A stretch of DNA of 64,000 nt, from NCBI GenBank assembly GCA_937995335.1, contig CALKIH010000030.1, positions 30,434-94,433 on the forward strand, read 5' to 3'. This DNA is from an uncultured Rhodocyclaceae bacterium. Lineage in GTDB: Bacteria; Pseudomonadota; Gammaproteobacteria; Burkholderiales; Rhodocyclaceae. The notes below the pieces were generated by a model. It searched no databases. It worked only from the letters and a program-made list of their open reading frames with translations, and was not told the DNA's origin. This document shows, in pieces, positions 9,456-19,187 of this stretch. Position 1 is the stretch's first letter, and each line of letters starts with the position of its first letter. The position numbers and the translations under genes are program-made.

Positions 9456-9536
9456 ATTGTCTTCTAGCCTCGCGTACCTGATGAGAGACGACTGATTCCG
9501 GCCAGGCCGGCGTCAAACATGGGAGCGGCACCGGCA

Positions 9537-10304
9537 ATGAGCGAATTCATTCTCGAAACCAGCGGACTGACGAAGGAGTTCAAGGGCTTCGCCGCGGTTT
9601 CGGGGGTCGATCTGCGGGTGCGGCGCGGCCACATCCATGCGCTGATCGGACCCAACGGCGCGGGCAAGACCACGGTCTTCAACCTGCTCACGAAGTTCCT
9701 GCCGCCGACCGCCGGCACGATCCGCTTCGAGGGTCATGACATCACCCGCGAAGCTCCCGCGATGACCGCCCGGCGCGGGCTGGTACGCTCGTTCCAGATT
9801 TCGGCCACCTTTCCCAATCTGACGGTGTTGGAGAACGTGCGCATCGGTCTGCAGCGCAAGCTCGGCACCGGTTTCCACTTCTGGCGCTCGGAAAAGTCGC
9901 TCGATGTGCTCAACGACCGCGCGATGGCGCTGCTCGAGTCGGTGGATCTGGGCAAGTTTGCCGACACCGTGACCAGCGAGATGCCCTACGGCCGCAAGCG
10001 CGCGCTCGAGATCGCCACCACGCTGGCGCTGGAGCCGACCATGATGCTGCTCGACGAACCCACCCAGGGTATGGGCCACGAGGACATCGACCGCGTCGTC
10101 GCACTGATCCGCAAGGTGTCGGCGAACCGCACCATCCTCATGGTCGAGCACAACCTCTCGGTGGTCGCCAACCTGTGCGACCGTATCACCGTGCTCACGC
10201 GCGGCAGCGTGCTCGCCGAGGGCAGCTACGACGAGGTATCGAAGGACCCCCGGGTGCTCGAGGCCTACGTCGGCTCCGATGACATGAATGACGCCCATCA
10301 CTAG
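9537..10304 (+). CDS. LIV-type (branched-chain amino acid family) ABC transporter ATP-binding protein, LivG-like
   Basis: ORF 9519..10304 started at the second ATG (MSEFILETSGL...), which has GGGAG upstream. Walker A GPNGAGKTT. Confidence 0.9.
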   Translation: MSEFILETSGLTKEFKGFAAVSGVDLRVRRGHIHALIGPNGAGKTTVFNLLTKFLPPTAGTIRFEGHDITREAPAMTARRGLVRSFQISATFPNLTVLENVRIGLQRKLGTGFHFWRSEKSLDVLNDRAMALLESVDLGKFADTVTSEMPYGRKRALEIATTLALEPTMMLLDEPTQGMGHEDIDRVVALIRKVSANRTILMVEHNLSVVANLCDRITVLTRGSVLAEGSYDEVSKDPRVLEAYVGSDDMNDAHH

Positions 10305-10319
10305 GACCCGGCCGAGCCC

Positions 10320-11042
10320 ATGACCAGTGCCTTCGACCCCCATCCGGAGATGCTGCGGATCAGCGATCTGCATGCCTTCTACGGCGAATCCCATATCCTT
10401 CACGGCATCGACCTGCAGGTGGCGCGCGGCGAGTGCGTGACCTTGCTCGGGCGCAACGGCTCGGGCCGCTCGACCACGCTCAAATCCATTCTCGGCCTGG
10501 TCGGGCGGCGCAGCGGCTCGATCATGGTCAATGGCAAGGAGGTGATCGCCGAGCCCACCCACCGCATGGCGCGCCACGGTGTCGGCTACGTGCCCGAGGA
10601 GCGCGCGATCTTCGCCTCGCTGTCGACCGAGGAAAACCTGTTGCTGCCGCCGCAGGTATCCAGTGGCGGTATGTCGGTGGCCGACATCTACCGCATGTTC
10701 CCCAACCTGGAAGAGCGCCGCAACAGCCCCGGCACCAAGCTTTCCGGCGGCGAGCAGCAGATGCTGGCGATGGCGCGCGTGCTGCGCACCGGCGCCCGCC
10801 TGCTGCTGCTCGACGAGATCACCGAAGGTCTCGCGCCGGTGATCGTCAAGAAACTGGGCGAGGTCATCACCGAACTCAAGTCGCGCGGCTTCACCATCGT
10901 CATGGTGGAGCAGAACTTCCGCTTCGCCGCGCCCCTTGCCGACCGGCACTACGTGCTGGAGCACGGCCAGATCATCGCCACCATCCCGCAGGCTGAACTC
11001 GCCGGCAAGATGGACTGGCTGCACCAGACGCTTGGAGTGTGA
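10320..11042 (+). CDS. LIV-type ABC transporter ATP-binding protein, LivF-like
   Basis: 240 aa. Walker A GRNGSGRST, signature LSGGEQQML, Walker B LLLLDE. Confidence 0.9.
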   Translation: MTSAFDPHPEMLRISDLHAFYGESHILHGIDLQVARGECVTLLGRNGSGRSTTLKSILGLVGRRSGSIMVNGKEVIAEPTHRMARHGVGYVPEERAIFASLSTEENLLLPPQVSSGGMSVADIYRMFPNLEERRNSPGTKLSGGEQQMLAMARVLRTGARLLLLDEITEGLAPVIVKKLGEVITELKSRGFTIVMVEQNFRFAAPLADRHYVLEHGQIIATIPQAELAGKMDWLHQTLGV

Positions 11043-11074
11043 TCCATGCGTTCTTATAACGACGGAGACGAACG

Positions 11075-12289
11075 ATGCACATGAAGAAACTGTTGGCGGC
11101 CGCCTGCACCACGGCTGTGGCCACGCTGGCGACCGGCGCCCATGCCCAGATTTCTGGCGACACGGTCAAGATCGGTGTGCTCACCGACATGTCGGGCACC
11201 TATTCGGACGTGGCCGGGCCGGGGGCGGTGCTCGCCACCCAGATGGCGATCGAGGATTTCATCGCCGAAGCCAAGCCCGCGTTCAAGGTCGAGATGGTCT
11301 CGGCCGATCACCAGAACAAGGCCGACATCGCCTCCAACAAGGCGCGCGAATGGTTCGAGCGTGAGGGCGTCGATACCGCCACCGAGCTGGTCACCACCTC
11401 GACCGCGCTGGCGGTGATGAAGATCGCCAAGGAGATGAACCGGGTCGCGTTGATGAGCGGACCGGCGTCCACGCCGATCACCAACGAGCAGTGCAACGAC
11501 GTCACCGTGCATTACACCTACGACACCTACGCGCTCGCCAACGGCACCGCCCGGGCGGTGACCCAGCAGGGTGGCAAGAACTGGTTCTTCCTGACCGCCG
11601 ATTACGCCTTCGGCCAGGCGCTCGAGAAGGACTCGTCCGCGGTAGTGGTCGCCAACGGCGGCAAGGTGCTGGGTTCGGTGCGCCATCCCTTCCCGGCCTC
11701 GGACTTCTCGTCCTTCCTGCTGCAGGCGCAGGCCTCGGGAGCGCAGATCATCGGCTTGGCCAACGCCGGCGCGGACACCACCAACGCGATCAGGCAGGCG
11801 GCCGAGTTCGGCATCACGCCCAAGCAGCAACTTGCCGGCCTGTTGATGTTCATTTCCGACGTGCATTCGCTCGGACTCAAGAACGCGCAGACGATGTATC
11901 TGACCACCGGCTTCTATTGGGACTTCGACGACGATACCCGCGCATGGTCGAAGCGCTTCTTCGAAAAGCACAAGCGCATGCCGACGATGGTGCAGGCCGG
12001 TCAGTATTCGTCGGTGCTGCACTACCTGCGCGCGGTCAACGCGATCGGCTCGGATGAGGCGAGCAAGGTCATGGCGCAGATGAAGAGCACCCCGATCAAC
12101 GACTTCTTCGCCAAGAACGGCCGTATCCGCGAGGACGGCCGCATGGTGCACGACATGTACCTGGCGCAGGTGAAGACGCCCGAAGAGTCCAAGTACCCGT
12201 GGGACTACTACCACATCCGCGCCACGATTCCGGCGGAAGAAGCCTTCCAGCCGCTGTCCGAGTCGCGCTGCCCGCTGATCAAGAACTGA
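11075..12289 (+). CDS. LIV-type ABC transporter periplasmic substrate-binding protein
   Basis: 404 aa. Signal peptide MHMKKLLAAACTTAVATLATGAHA. Type I binding-protein-like sequence. GGAG lies 7 nt upstream. Confidence 0.88.
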   Translation: MHMKKLLAAACTTAVATLATGAHAQISGDTVKIGVLTDMSGTYSDVAGPGAVLATQMAIEDFIAEAKPAFKVEMVSADHQNKADIASNKAREWFEREGVDTATELVTTSTALAVMKIAKEMNRVALMSGPASTPITNEQCNDVTVHYTYDTYALANGTARAVTQQGGKNWFFLTADYAFGQALEKDSSAVVVANGGKVLGSVRHPFPASDFSSFLLQAQASGAQIIGLANAGADTTNAIRQAAEFGITPKQQLAGLLMFISDVHSLGLKNAQTMYLTTGFYWDFDDDTRAWSKRFFEKHKRMPTMVQAGQYSSVLHYLRAVNAIGSDEASKVMAQMKSTPINDFFAKNGRIREDGRMVHDMYLAQVKTPEESKYPWDYYHIRATIPAEEAFQPLSESRCPLIKN

Positions 12290-12307
12290 TCTGATCCACC
12301 ACCCTGT

Positions 12308-12329
12308 CCGGGGCGGTTCGCCGCCCCGG
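12308..12329 (+). promoter_or_regulatory. Intercistronic GC hairpin after the binding-protein gene
   Basis: CCGGGGCGG-TTCG-CCGCCCCGG: a 9-bp stem with a UUCG loop and no U tract, 19 nt after the stop. Confidence 0.6.
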
Positions 12330-12342
12330 CACGGAGCCGCCC

Positions 12343-13227
12343 ATGGAAATTTTCGGAGTGCCGAGTGCGCTGTTCGGCAGCCAGTTGCTGATCGGACTGA
12401 TCAACGGTTCGTTCTACGCCATCCTCAGCCTCGGGCTGGCGATCATCTTCGGCCTGCTCAACATCATCAACTTCGCCCACGGTGCGCAGTACATGATGGG
12501 CGCCTTCTTCGCCTGGATCGCGCTGACCAAGTTCGGTATCAACTACTGGGTCGCGCTGCTGCTGGCGCCGGTTTTGGTCGGCGCGGTCGGCGTGGTGCTC
12601 GAACGCACGATGCTGCGCCGGCTGTACAAACTTGACCACCTCTACGGCCTGCTGCTCACCTTCGGCCTCGCGCTGATCTTCGAAGGCGTGTTCCGTGACC
12701 AGTTCGGTGTTTCGGGTCAGTCTTATCCGGTGCCGGAACAGCTCCAGGGCGGGGTCAACCTCGGCTTCATGTTCATGCCGATCTACCGCGGCTGGGTCGT
12801 GGTGGCCGCGCTCGCGGTGTGCTTCGGCACCTGGTTCATGATCGAAAAGACCAAGCTCGGCGCCTACCTGCGTGCCGGCACCGAGAACCCGCAGATCGTC
12901 CAGGCCTTGGGCATCAACGTGCCGCTGCTGATCACCTTCACCTACGGCTACGGGGTCGCGCTGGCCGCCTTCGCCGGGGTGCTCGCCGCGCCGATCTACC
13001 AGGTCAGCCCGCTGATGGGCTCCAACCTCATCATCGTCGTGTTCGCCGTGGTCGTCATCGGGGGCATGGGTTCGATCATGGGTTCCATCGTCACCGGCCT
13101 CGGCCTGGGCCTGGTCGAGGGCCTGACCCGGGTGTTCTACCCGGAGGCTTCGGCGGTGGTCGTCTTCTTCATCATGGTGATCGTGCTGCTGGTCCGGCCC
13201 GCCGGGCTGTTCGGCAGAGCCACCTAG
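12343..13227 (+). CDS. LIV-type ABC transporter permease, LivH-like
   Basis: 294-aa polytopic protein; sequence ...LINGSFYAILSLGLAIIFGLLNIINFAHG... is typical of LivH. Confidence 0.9.
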   Translation: MEIFGVPSALFGSQLLIGLINGSFYAILSLGLAIIFGLLNIINFAHGAQYMMGAFFAWIALTKFGINYWVALLLAPVLVGAVGVVLERTMLRRLYKLDHLYGLLLTFGLALIFEGVFRDQFGVSGQSYPVPEQLQGGVNLGFMFMPIYRGWVVVAALAVCFGTWFMIEKTKLGAYLRAGTENPQIVQALGINVPLLITFTYGYGVALAAFAGVLAAPIYQVSPLMGSNLIIVVFAVVVIGGMGSIMGSIVTGLGLGLVEGLTRVFYPEASAVVVFFIMVIVLLVRPAGLFGRAT

Positions 13228-13246
13228 CCGCGCCAGGAAAACGCTC

Positions 13247-14200
13247 ATGAGTCGCAACCAATCCATGTTCGCCCGCGCAACCCCGGTGCTGTTCGGCGCA
13301 CTGTTCATCCTCGGTCTGGTGGCACCGTTCGCGGTGTACCCCACCTTCCTAATGAAGATCCTGTGCTTCGGGCTGTTCGCCTGCGCCTTCAACCTGCTGC
13401 TCGGCTTCGCCGGCCTGCTTTCCTTCGGGCACGCCGCCTTCCTCGGCACCGCCGGCTACATCTGCGGCATGCTGGTGCGCGATGTCGGCGTCACCCCCGA
13501 AGTGGGCATCATCGGCGGCACGCTCGTGGCCGGCCTGCTCGGCTGGGTGTTCGGTGTGCTGGCGATCCGCCGCAGCGGCATCTATTTCGCGATGATCACG
13601 CTCGCGCTGGCGCAGATGGTGTTCTTCTTCGCCTTGCAGTGGAAGGCGACCGGCGGCGAGGACGGCCTGCAGGGCGTGCCGCGCGGCCACTTGTTCGGCG
13701 TCGTCGACCTGTCGAACAACCTGTCGATGTATTACCTGGTGTTCGCGGTGTTCTGCATCGGCTTCTTCATCATCTACCGGGCGATCCATTCCCCGTTCGG
13801 GCAGATCCTGAAGGCGATCCGCGAGAACGAGCCGCGCGCGATCTCGCTCGGCTACGACGTGGCCCGGTACAAGCTGCTTGCCTTCGTGCTGTCGGCGGCG
13901 CTTGCCGGCACCGCTGGCGCAACCAAGACCCTGGTGTTCCAGCTCGCCTCGCTCACCGATGTGCACTGGCACATGTCCGGCGAGGTCGTGCTGATGACCC
14001 TGCTCGGTGGCCTGGGCACCATTCTGGGCCCGCTGGTCGGCGCCGCCACCATCGTTACGCTGCAGAGCGAACTGGCGGACAAGGTGGGTTCGTGGGTCAC
14101 GGTGATCATGGGCGTGATCTTCGTGCTGTGCGTGCTGTTGTTCCGCCGCGGCATCGTCGGCGAGTTGCAGGCCTTGATCCGGCGGTCTGGGGTCAACTGA
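13247..14200 (+). CDS. LIV-type ABC transporter permease, LivM-like
   Basis: 317-aa polytopic protein; ...LLSFGHAAFLGTAGY... is typical of LivM. Confidence 0.9.
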   Translation: MSRNQSMFARATPVLFGALFILGLVAPFAVYPTFLMKILCFGLFACAFNLLLGFAGLLSFGHAAFLGTAGYICGMLVRDVGVTPEVGIIGGTLVAGLLGWVFGVLAIRRSGIYFAMITLALAQMVFFFALQWKATGGEDGLQGVPRGHLFGVVDLSNNLSMYYLVFAVFCIGFFIIYRAIHSPFGQILKAIRENEPRAISLGYDVARYKLLAFVLSAALAGTAGATKTLVFQLASLTDVHWHMSGEVVLMTLLGGLGTILGPLVGAATIVTLQSELADKVGSWVTVIMGVIFVLCVLLFRRGIVGELQALIRRSGVN

Positions 14201-14210
14201 GCTGTCCTTT

Positions 14211-14247
14211 CGGCGGGCGTTCCCACGCGTGAGGGGAACGCCCGCCG
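14211..14247 (+). terminator. Terminator-like hairpin after the first ABC operon
   Basis: CGGCGGGCGTTCCC (14211-14224) pairs with GGGAACGCCCGCCG (14234-14247). The downstream T content is weak (TTG). Confidence 0.5.
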
Positions 14248-14542
14248 TTGCCGTGTACGCGGGTATCCGCTGCCGGCTGATCCGGGGTACGGGCTCCCCG
14301 CAGTGAGTGAAACCGGGCGCTCGCGCCCGGCCCGATCCGCGCTATTTCCGCCTCATGCTCGAAGCTTCACACCTCTTGCGGGCTGTCTTCGTCGCCACCG
14401 AACCTGATTCCATTCCATCTGGGCGAAACAGGAAGCCGGGCCTGCGTGGCGGTGCGTAGATCTTCGCCCGACAGGCGCTCCGGCAGGGCTGTCACGACCC
14501 CGAGGTGTGTGCAGGGACTTGCGTCATGGTCGGTGAGTAAAC

Positions 14543-14561
14543 AATAATGGTTCTCATTAAC
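14543..14561. promoter_or_regulatory. Fur-box-like site upstream of fumC
   Basis: AATAATGGTTCTCATTAAC matches the classical GATAATGATAATCATTATC at 14/19 positions and contains TAATG/CATTA inverted arms. It is an AT-rich island that overlaps a candidate promoter TTGCGT(14519)-18-AATAAT(14543). Confidence 0.45.
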
Positions 14562-14689
14562 GGCCTGCATCATTTCCCATGCGGCCGATCGATGCCGAGC
14601 GTTTTTTGCGCGGCGACCCTGGACGGCGGGCGTGCGCAAAGCGCGGGTCCGCACCACAATGAAACCATCCCGGCAACAGGAGACACACC

Positions 14690-16075
14690 ATGGCCACACG
14701 CACCGAATACGACACCTTCGGCCCGATCGAAGTCCCCGCCGAGCGCCTGTGGGGCGCGCAGACCCAGCGCTCGCGGCTCAACTTCGATATCTCGGGCGAA
14801 CGTCAGGCACCCGAACTGATCGTCGCGCTGGCGCAGGTCAAGCGCGCGTCGGCCGTGGTCAACAATGCGTTGGGCCTGCAGGACCAGGCCAAGACCGACG
14901 CCATCGTCGCCGCGGCCGACGAGGTCATCGCCGGCAGGCACCCCGACGAGTTTCCGCTGGTGGTGTGGCAGACCGGCTCGGGTACCCAGACCAACATGAA
15001 CGTCAACGAGGTGCTGGCCAACCGCGCGAGCGAACTGCTTGGCGGTGCGCGCGGCGAGGACCGCAAGGTGCACCCGAACGACGACGTCAACCGCAGCCAG
15101 TCGAGCAATGACGTCTTTCCGACCGCGATGCACGTGGCCGCCGTGCAGGCCTTGACCGGCAAGCTGCTGCCGGCGATCGCCGGGCTGCGTGCCACGCTAG
15201 AGGGCAAGGCCGCCGCCTTTGGCGACATCGTCAAGATCGGTCGCACCCATTTGCAGGACGCGACCCCGCTGACGCTGGGCCAGGAGATCTCCGGCTGGGC
15301 CGCGCAACTCGCGCACGCCGAGCAACATGTGCGCGCGGCGCTGCCCCACTTGTGCGAACTCGCGTTGGGTGGCACGGCGGTCGGCACCGGACTGAACGCG
15401 CCCAAGGGCTATGCCGAGCAGGTGGCGGCCGAGCTGGCAAGGCTGACGGGTCAGCCCTTCGTCACCGCGCCGAGCAAGTTCGAGGTGATGGCCGCCTGCG
15501 ATGCGCTGGTGCATGCGCACGGCGCGCTCAAGACGCTGGCCGCGAGCATGATGAAGATCGCCAACGACGTGCGCTGGCTCGCGAGCGGGCCGCGCAGCGG
15601 CATCGGAGAGATCACGATCCCGGAGAACGAGCCGGGTTCTTCGATCATGCCGGGCAAGGTCAACCCCACCCAGAGCGAGGCGGTGACGATGCTGGCCGCG
15701 CAGGTGATGGGCAACGACGTCGCGATCAACATCGGTGGCGCGTCGGGCAACTTCGAGCTCAACGTCTTCCGCCCGATGATCGCGCACAATTTCCTGCAGA
15801 GCGTGCGCCTCCTCGCCGATGGCATCGCGAGCTTCGACAGCCACTGCGCGGTCGGCATCGAGCCCAACCGCGCGCGCATCACCGAGTTGGTCGAGCGCTC
15901 GCTGATGCTGGTCACCGCGCTCAACCCCCATATCGGCTACGACAAGGCCGCCCAGATTGCGAAGAAGGCGCACAAGGAAGGCACCAGCCTGCGCGAAGCC
16001 GCGCTGGCGCTGGGCCATGTCGGCGCCGAGGAATTCGACCGCTGGGTCGTGCCGGGCGACATGGTCGGTCGCTAG
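14690..16075 (+). CDS. fumC: Fumarate hydratase, class II
   Basis: 461 aa. [28 protein letters not shown]... and the signature [13 protein letters not shown]. Confidence 0.96.
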   Translation: MATRTEYDTFGPIEVPAERLWGAQTQRSRLNFDISGERQAPELIVALAQVKRASAVVNNALGLQDQAKTDAIVAAADEVIAGRHPDEFPLVVWQTGSGTQTNMNVNEVLANRASELLGGARGEDRKVHPNDDVNRSQSSNDVFPTAMHVAAVQALTGKLLPAIAGLRATLEGKAAAFGDIVKIGRTHLQDATPLTLGQEISGWAAQLAHAEQHVRAALPHLCELALGGTAVGTGLNAPKGYAEQVAAELARLTGQPFVTAPSKFEVMAACDALVHAHGALKTLAASMMKIANDVRWLASGPRSGIGEITIPENEPGSSIMPGKVNPTQSEAVTMLAAQVMGNDVAINIGGASGNFELNVFRPMIAHNFLQSVRLLADGIASFDSHCAVGIEPNRARITELVERSLMLVTALNPHIGYDKAAQIAKKAHKEGTSLREAALALGHVGAEEFDRWVVPGDMVGR

Positions 16076-16083
16076 TCGCTTCG

Positions 16084-16112
16084 CCGGTGCGGCGGGCGTG
16101 ACCCGCGCACCG
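16084..16112 (+). terminator. Terminator-like hairpin after fumC
   Basis: CCGGTGCGGCGGG...CCCGCGCACCGG stem with one bulge, followed by TTGCTTC. Confidence 0.5.
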
Positions 16113-16214
16113 GTTGCTTCACCTCCTTTTCCGGCCTCGTCCGGTTCATCGCGGCCTTTCCGAAGATGGGGCCGCGCGGATGAGCGCCGGGCCTGCCGCG
16201 CCCTGCCCACCACC

Positions 16215-16250
16215 GTCACCATTCGATACATTGTGCAAACAGTTGCGCAA
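16215..16250 (+). promoter_or_regulatory. Copy B of the shared upstream element (GTCACCATTCGATACATTGTGCAAACAGTTGCGCAA)
   Basis: See copy A. Lies 129-164 nt upstream of the CoA-ligase start. Contains the perfect inverted repeat GCAA-ACAG-TTGC and the palindrome TTGCGCAA. Confidence 0.45.
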
Positions 16251-16378
16251 AGGTGACTTGCGACACTTGCGCCCGACAATGACCAAGAATCCCTGCAAGG
16301 GATGCGTCCGGGGCCGCGCAGCAGTGTGAGGTGGCGGACGACAAACAAGAACAGGATCAACCGAAGGAGGATGCAAGC

Positions 16379-18355
16379 ATGTCCGATTCCCACGGGCAGA
16401 CGGCGGGCGGGAGCGCGCTCGATACCTTCCCGCGGCTGTTGATGCAGCACGCGAAGGTGAGGCCGGGCAGGCCGGCGATGCGCGAAAAGGCCTACGGCAT
16501 CTGGCAGACCTACACCTGGGCCGAGGTCGCCGAGAACGTGCGCGCGATCGCCTGCGGCTTGGCCGAGCTGGGCTTTCGCCGCGGAGATCGCTTGGCGATC
16601 ATCGGCGACAACCGGCCGCGCCTGTACTGGTCGGTTGCGGCGTGCCAGTGCCTGGGGGGCATTCCGGTCCTGCTCTATCAGGATGCGGTGGCCGAAGAGA
16701 TGGCCTATGTGTTGCAGGATGCCGAAATCCGCTTTGCGGTGGTCGAAGACCAGGAGCAGGTCGACAAGATGCTCGAGATCCTGCCCGAAGTGCCGCTGCT
16801 CGAGCGCGTGGTGTATGACGACCCGCGCGGCATGCGCCACTACGCCGACACCTTGCTGATGGGGCTCGACGAGTTGCAGGCGATGGGTCGTAGCCACGAC
16901 CAGAATCAGGGCGACTTTCTCAACGCGGAAATCGAGAAAGGGGCGAGCGACGATATCTCGGTGATGCTGTACACCTCGGGCACCACCGGCAAACCCAAGG
17001 GCGTGTGCCAGACCCATGGGGCGTTCATCGCTGCCGCCACCGGCGGCAGGCAGTTCGATAAGCTCACCGATCAGGAAGACATCCTCTCCTACCTGCCAAT
17101 GGCCTGGGTGGGCGATCACCTGTTCTCGTTCGCGCAGGCGATGGTTGCGGGCTTCACGATCAACTGCCCTGAATCGGGCGAGACCGTGATGACCGATCTG
17201 CGCGAAATCGGGCCGACTTATTACTTCGCGCCGCCGCGGGTGTTCGAGAATCTGCTGACCACCGTGATGATCCGCATGGAGGACGCCGGCTGGTTCAAGC
17301 GCAAAATCTTCGCCCATTTCATGGACGTCGCGCGCCGCTGCGGTGCCGAGATCCTCGACGGCAAGCCGGTTGCGGGGGGCGACCGCCTGCAGTACTGGCT
17401 GGGCAATCTGCTGGTCTACGGGCCGCTCAAGAACGTGCTGGGGATGTCGCGGATTCGCGTCGCCTACACCGCGGGTGCGGCGATCGGTCCGGACCTGTTT
17501 CGTTTCTACCGCTCGATCGGCATCAACCTCAAGCAGCTCTATGGTCAGACCGAGACCTGCGCCTACGTGTGCCTGCAGCCGGATGGCGAGATCAAGCTCG
17601 ACTCGGTCGGCAAGCCGGCGCCTTTCGTCGAGGTCAAGCTCGCCGACAATGGCGAGATCCTGGTCAAGGGGCCGATGCTGCTGAAGGCCTACTACAGGCG
17701 TCCGGACGCGACCGCCGAGTCGATCAACGTCGACGGCTACTTCATGACCGGGGACGCCGGCTTCTTCGACGAAGACGGCCATCTCAAGATCATCGATCGT
17801 GCCAAGGATGTGGGCAAGCTCAACAACGGCGCGATGTTCGCGCCCAACTACATCGAGAACAAGCTCAAGTTCTTCCAGCATGTGAAGGAGGCGGTGGTCT
17901 TCGGTTCGAAGCGCGATTTCGTGACGGCCTTCATCAACATCGACCTCGAAGCGGTCGGCAATTGGGCCGAGCGCAAGGGCATGTCCTACGCCGGTTACAC
18001 CGATCTCGCGCAACAGACGGCGGTGTACGAGTTGATTCGCGAGTGCATCGAGAAGGTCAATGCCGATCTGGCGGGCGATCCGATGATGAGCGGTTCGCAG
18101 GTGCATCGCTTCCTGATCCTGCACAAGGAGCTCGACGCCGACGACGGCGAATTGACGCGTACCCGCAAGGTGCGGCGCAACTTCATTTCCGAGAAGTATG
18201 CGGTGCTAGTCGATGCCTTGTTCGCGGGCAAGAAGGCCGAGCACATCGAGACCGAGGTCAAGTACGAGGACGGCCGGGTGGGCAGGGTCTCCGCCGATCT
18301 GCGCATCGAGGACACCAAGACCTTCGCCCCGCGGGGCGCAGTCAAGGCCGCTTGA
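16379..18355 (+). CDS. AMP-forming acyl-CoA synthetase (long-chain-fatty-acid--CoA ligase-like)
   Basis: ORF 16331..18355 started at ATG 16379 (MSDSHGQ...), with AAGGAGG 8 nt upstream. AMP-binding motif MLYTSGTTGKPKGV. Confidence 0.88.
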   Translation: MSDSHGQTAGGSALDTFPRLLMQHAKVRPGRPAMREKAYGIWQTYTWAEVAENVRAIACGLAELGFRRGDRLAIIGDNRPRLYWSVAACQCLGGIPVLLYQDAVAEEMAYVLQDAEIRFAVVEDQEQVDKMLEILPEVPLLERVVYDDPRGMRHYADTLLMGLDELQAMGRSHDQNQGDFLNAEIEKGASDDISVMLYTSGTTGKPKGVCQTHGAFIAAATGGRQFDKLTDQEDILSYLPMAWVGDHLFSFAQAMVAGFTINCPESGETVMTDLREIGPTYYFAPPRVFENLLTTVMIRMEDAGWFKRKIFAHFMDVARRCGAEILDGKPVAGGDRLQYWLGNLLVYGPLKNVLGMSRIRVAYTAGAAIGPDLFRFYRSIGINLKQLYGQTETCAYVCLQPDGEIKLDSVGKPAPFVEVKLADNGEILVKGPMLLKAYYRRPDATAESINVDGYFMTGDAGFFDEDGHLKIIDRAKDVGKLNNGAMFAPNYIENKLKFFQHVKEAVVFGSKRDFVTAFINIDLEAVGNWAERKGMSYAGYTDLAQQTAVYELIRECIEKVNADLAGDPMMSGSQVHRFLILHKELDADDGELTRTRKVRRNFISEKYAVLVDALFAGKKAEHIETEVKYEDGRVGRVSADLRIEDTKTFAPRGAVKAA

Positions 18356-18370
18356 GGCCGGGAGACGGAA

Positions 18371-19153
18371 ATGGCACGAGAGTTTGGCGAGGTCATCCTC
18401 GATCTGCAGAACATTTCGCTGCGCTTCGGCGGGGTGAAAGCGCTCACCGACATCAGCTTCAACGTACGCGAGCACGAGATCCGCTCGATCATCGGCCCCA
18501 ACGGAGCCGGCAAGAGCTCGATGCTCAACGTGATGAACGGTGTGTATCACCCTCAGGAAGGCAGGATCCTGTTTCGTGGCGAGCAACGCCAGAAAATGGA
18601 GCCGCACATGGCGGCTTCGCAAGGTATCGCCCGCACCTTCCAGAACATCGCGCTGTTCAAGGGCATGAGTGTGCTCGACAACATCATGACCGGGCGCAAC
18701 CTGAAGATGCATACCAACCTCTTCCAGCACGCGCTCTTCTGGGGGGCGGCCCAGCGCGAGGAGATCGAACACCGCAAGAAGGTCGAGGAGGTGATCGACT
18801 TTCTCGAGATCCAGAGTATCCGCAAGACCCCGGTCGGTCGCCTGCCCTACGGCCTGCAGAAGCGCGTCGAGCTCGCCCGTGCGCTCGCCGCCGAGCCCAG
18901 CCTGCTGTTGCTCGACGAGCCGATGGCCGGCATGAACGTCGAGGAGAAGCAGGACATGTGTCGTTTCATCCTCGATGTGAACGACCAGTTCGGTACCACC
19001 ATCGTGCTGATCGAGCATGACATGGGCGTGGTCATGGATATCTCCGACCGGGTCGTGGTGCTCGACTACGGCAAGAAGATCGGCGATGGCGTGCCCGACG
19101 AGGTCAAGAACAATCCTGACGTGATCGCCGCCTATCTCGGCACTTCGCACTGA
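18371..19153 (+). CDS. LIV-type ABC transporter ATP-binding protein, LivG-like
   Basis: 260 aa. Walker A GPNGAGKSS, Walker B LLLLDEP. Confidence 0.9.
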   Translation: MAREFGEVILDLQNISLRFGGVKALTDISFNVREHEIRSIIGPNGAGKSSMLNVMNGVYHPQEGRILFRGEQRQKMEPHMAASQGIARTFQNIALFKGMSVLDNIMTGRNLKMHTNLFQHALFWGAAQREEIEHRKKVEEVIDFLEIQSIRKTPVGRLPYGLQKRVELARALAAEPSLLLLDEPMAGMNVEEKQDMCRFILDVNDQFGTTIVLIEHDMGVVMDISDRVVVLDYGKKIGDGVPDEVKNNPDVIAAYLGTSH

Positions 19154-19187
19154 GCGCCCGAGGTCGGGATACAACAAGGAGACAAGG

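Noticed and set aside
9442-9495. 17-codon uORF (MLVQRLSSSLAYLMRDD) upstream of the first LIV-type operon, considered as a possible attenuation leader peptide.
   Set aside because: It has no run of Leu/Ile/Val codons, no downstream terminator/antiterminator pair and no SD.
14367-14699. 110-aa minus-strand ORF (or its 68-aa MMQAVNENHY... version) in the fumC upstream spacer.
   Set aside because: By my count, third-position GC is only about two thirds, against much higher values in neighbouring genes. It uses rare codons (TTA, CTA, AGA, AGG, GGA), has no SD and no recognisable fold. The AT-rich part is better explained as the Fur-box/promoter.
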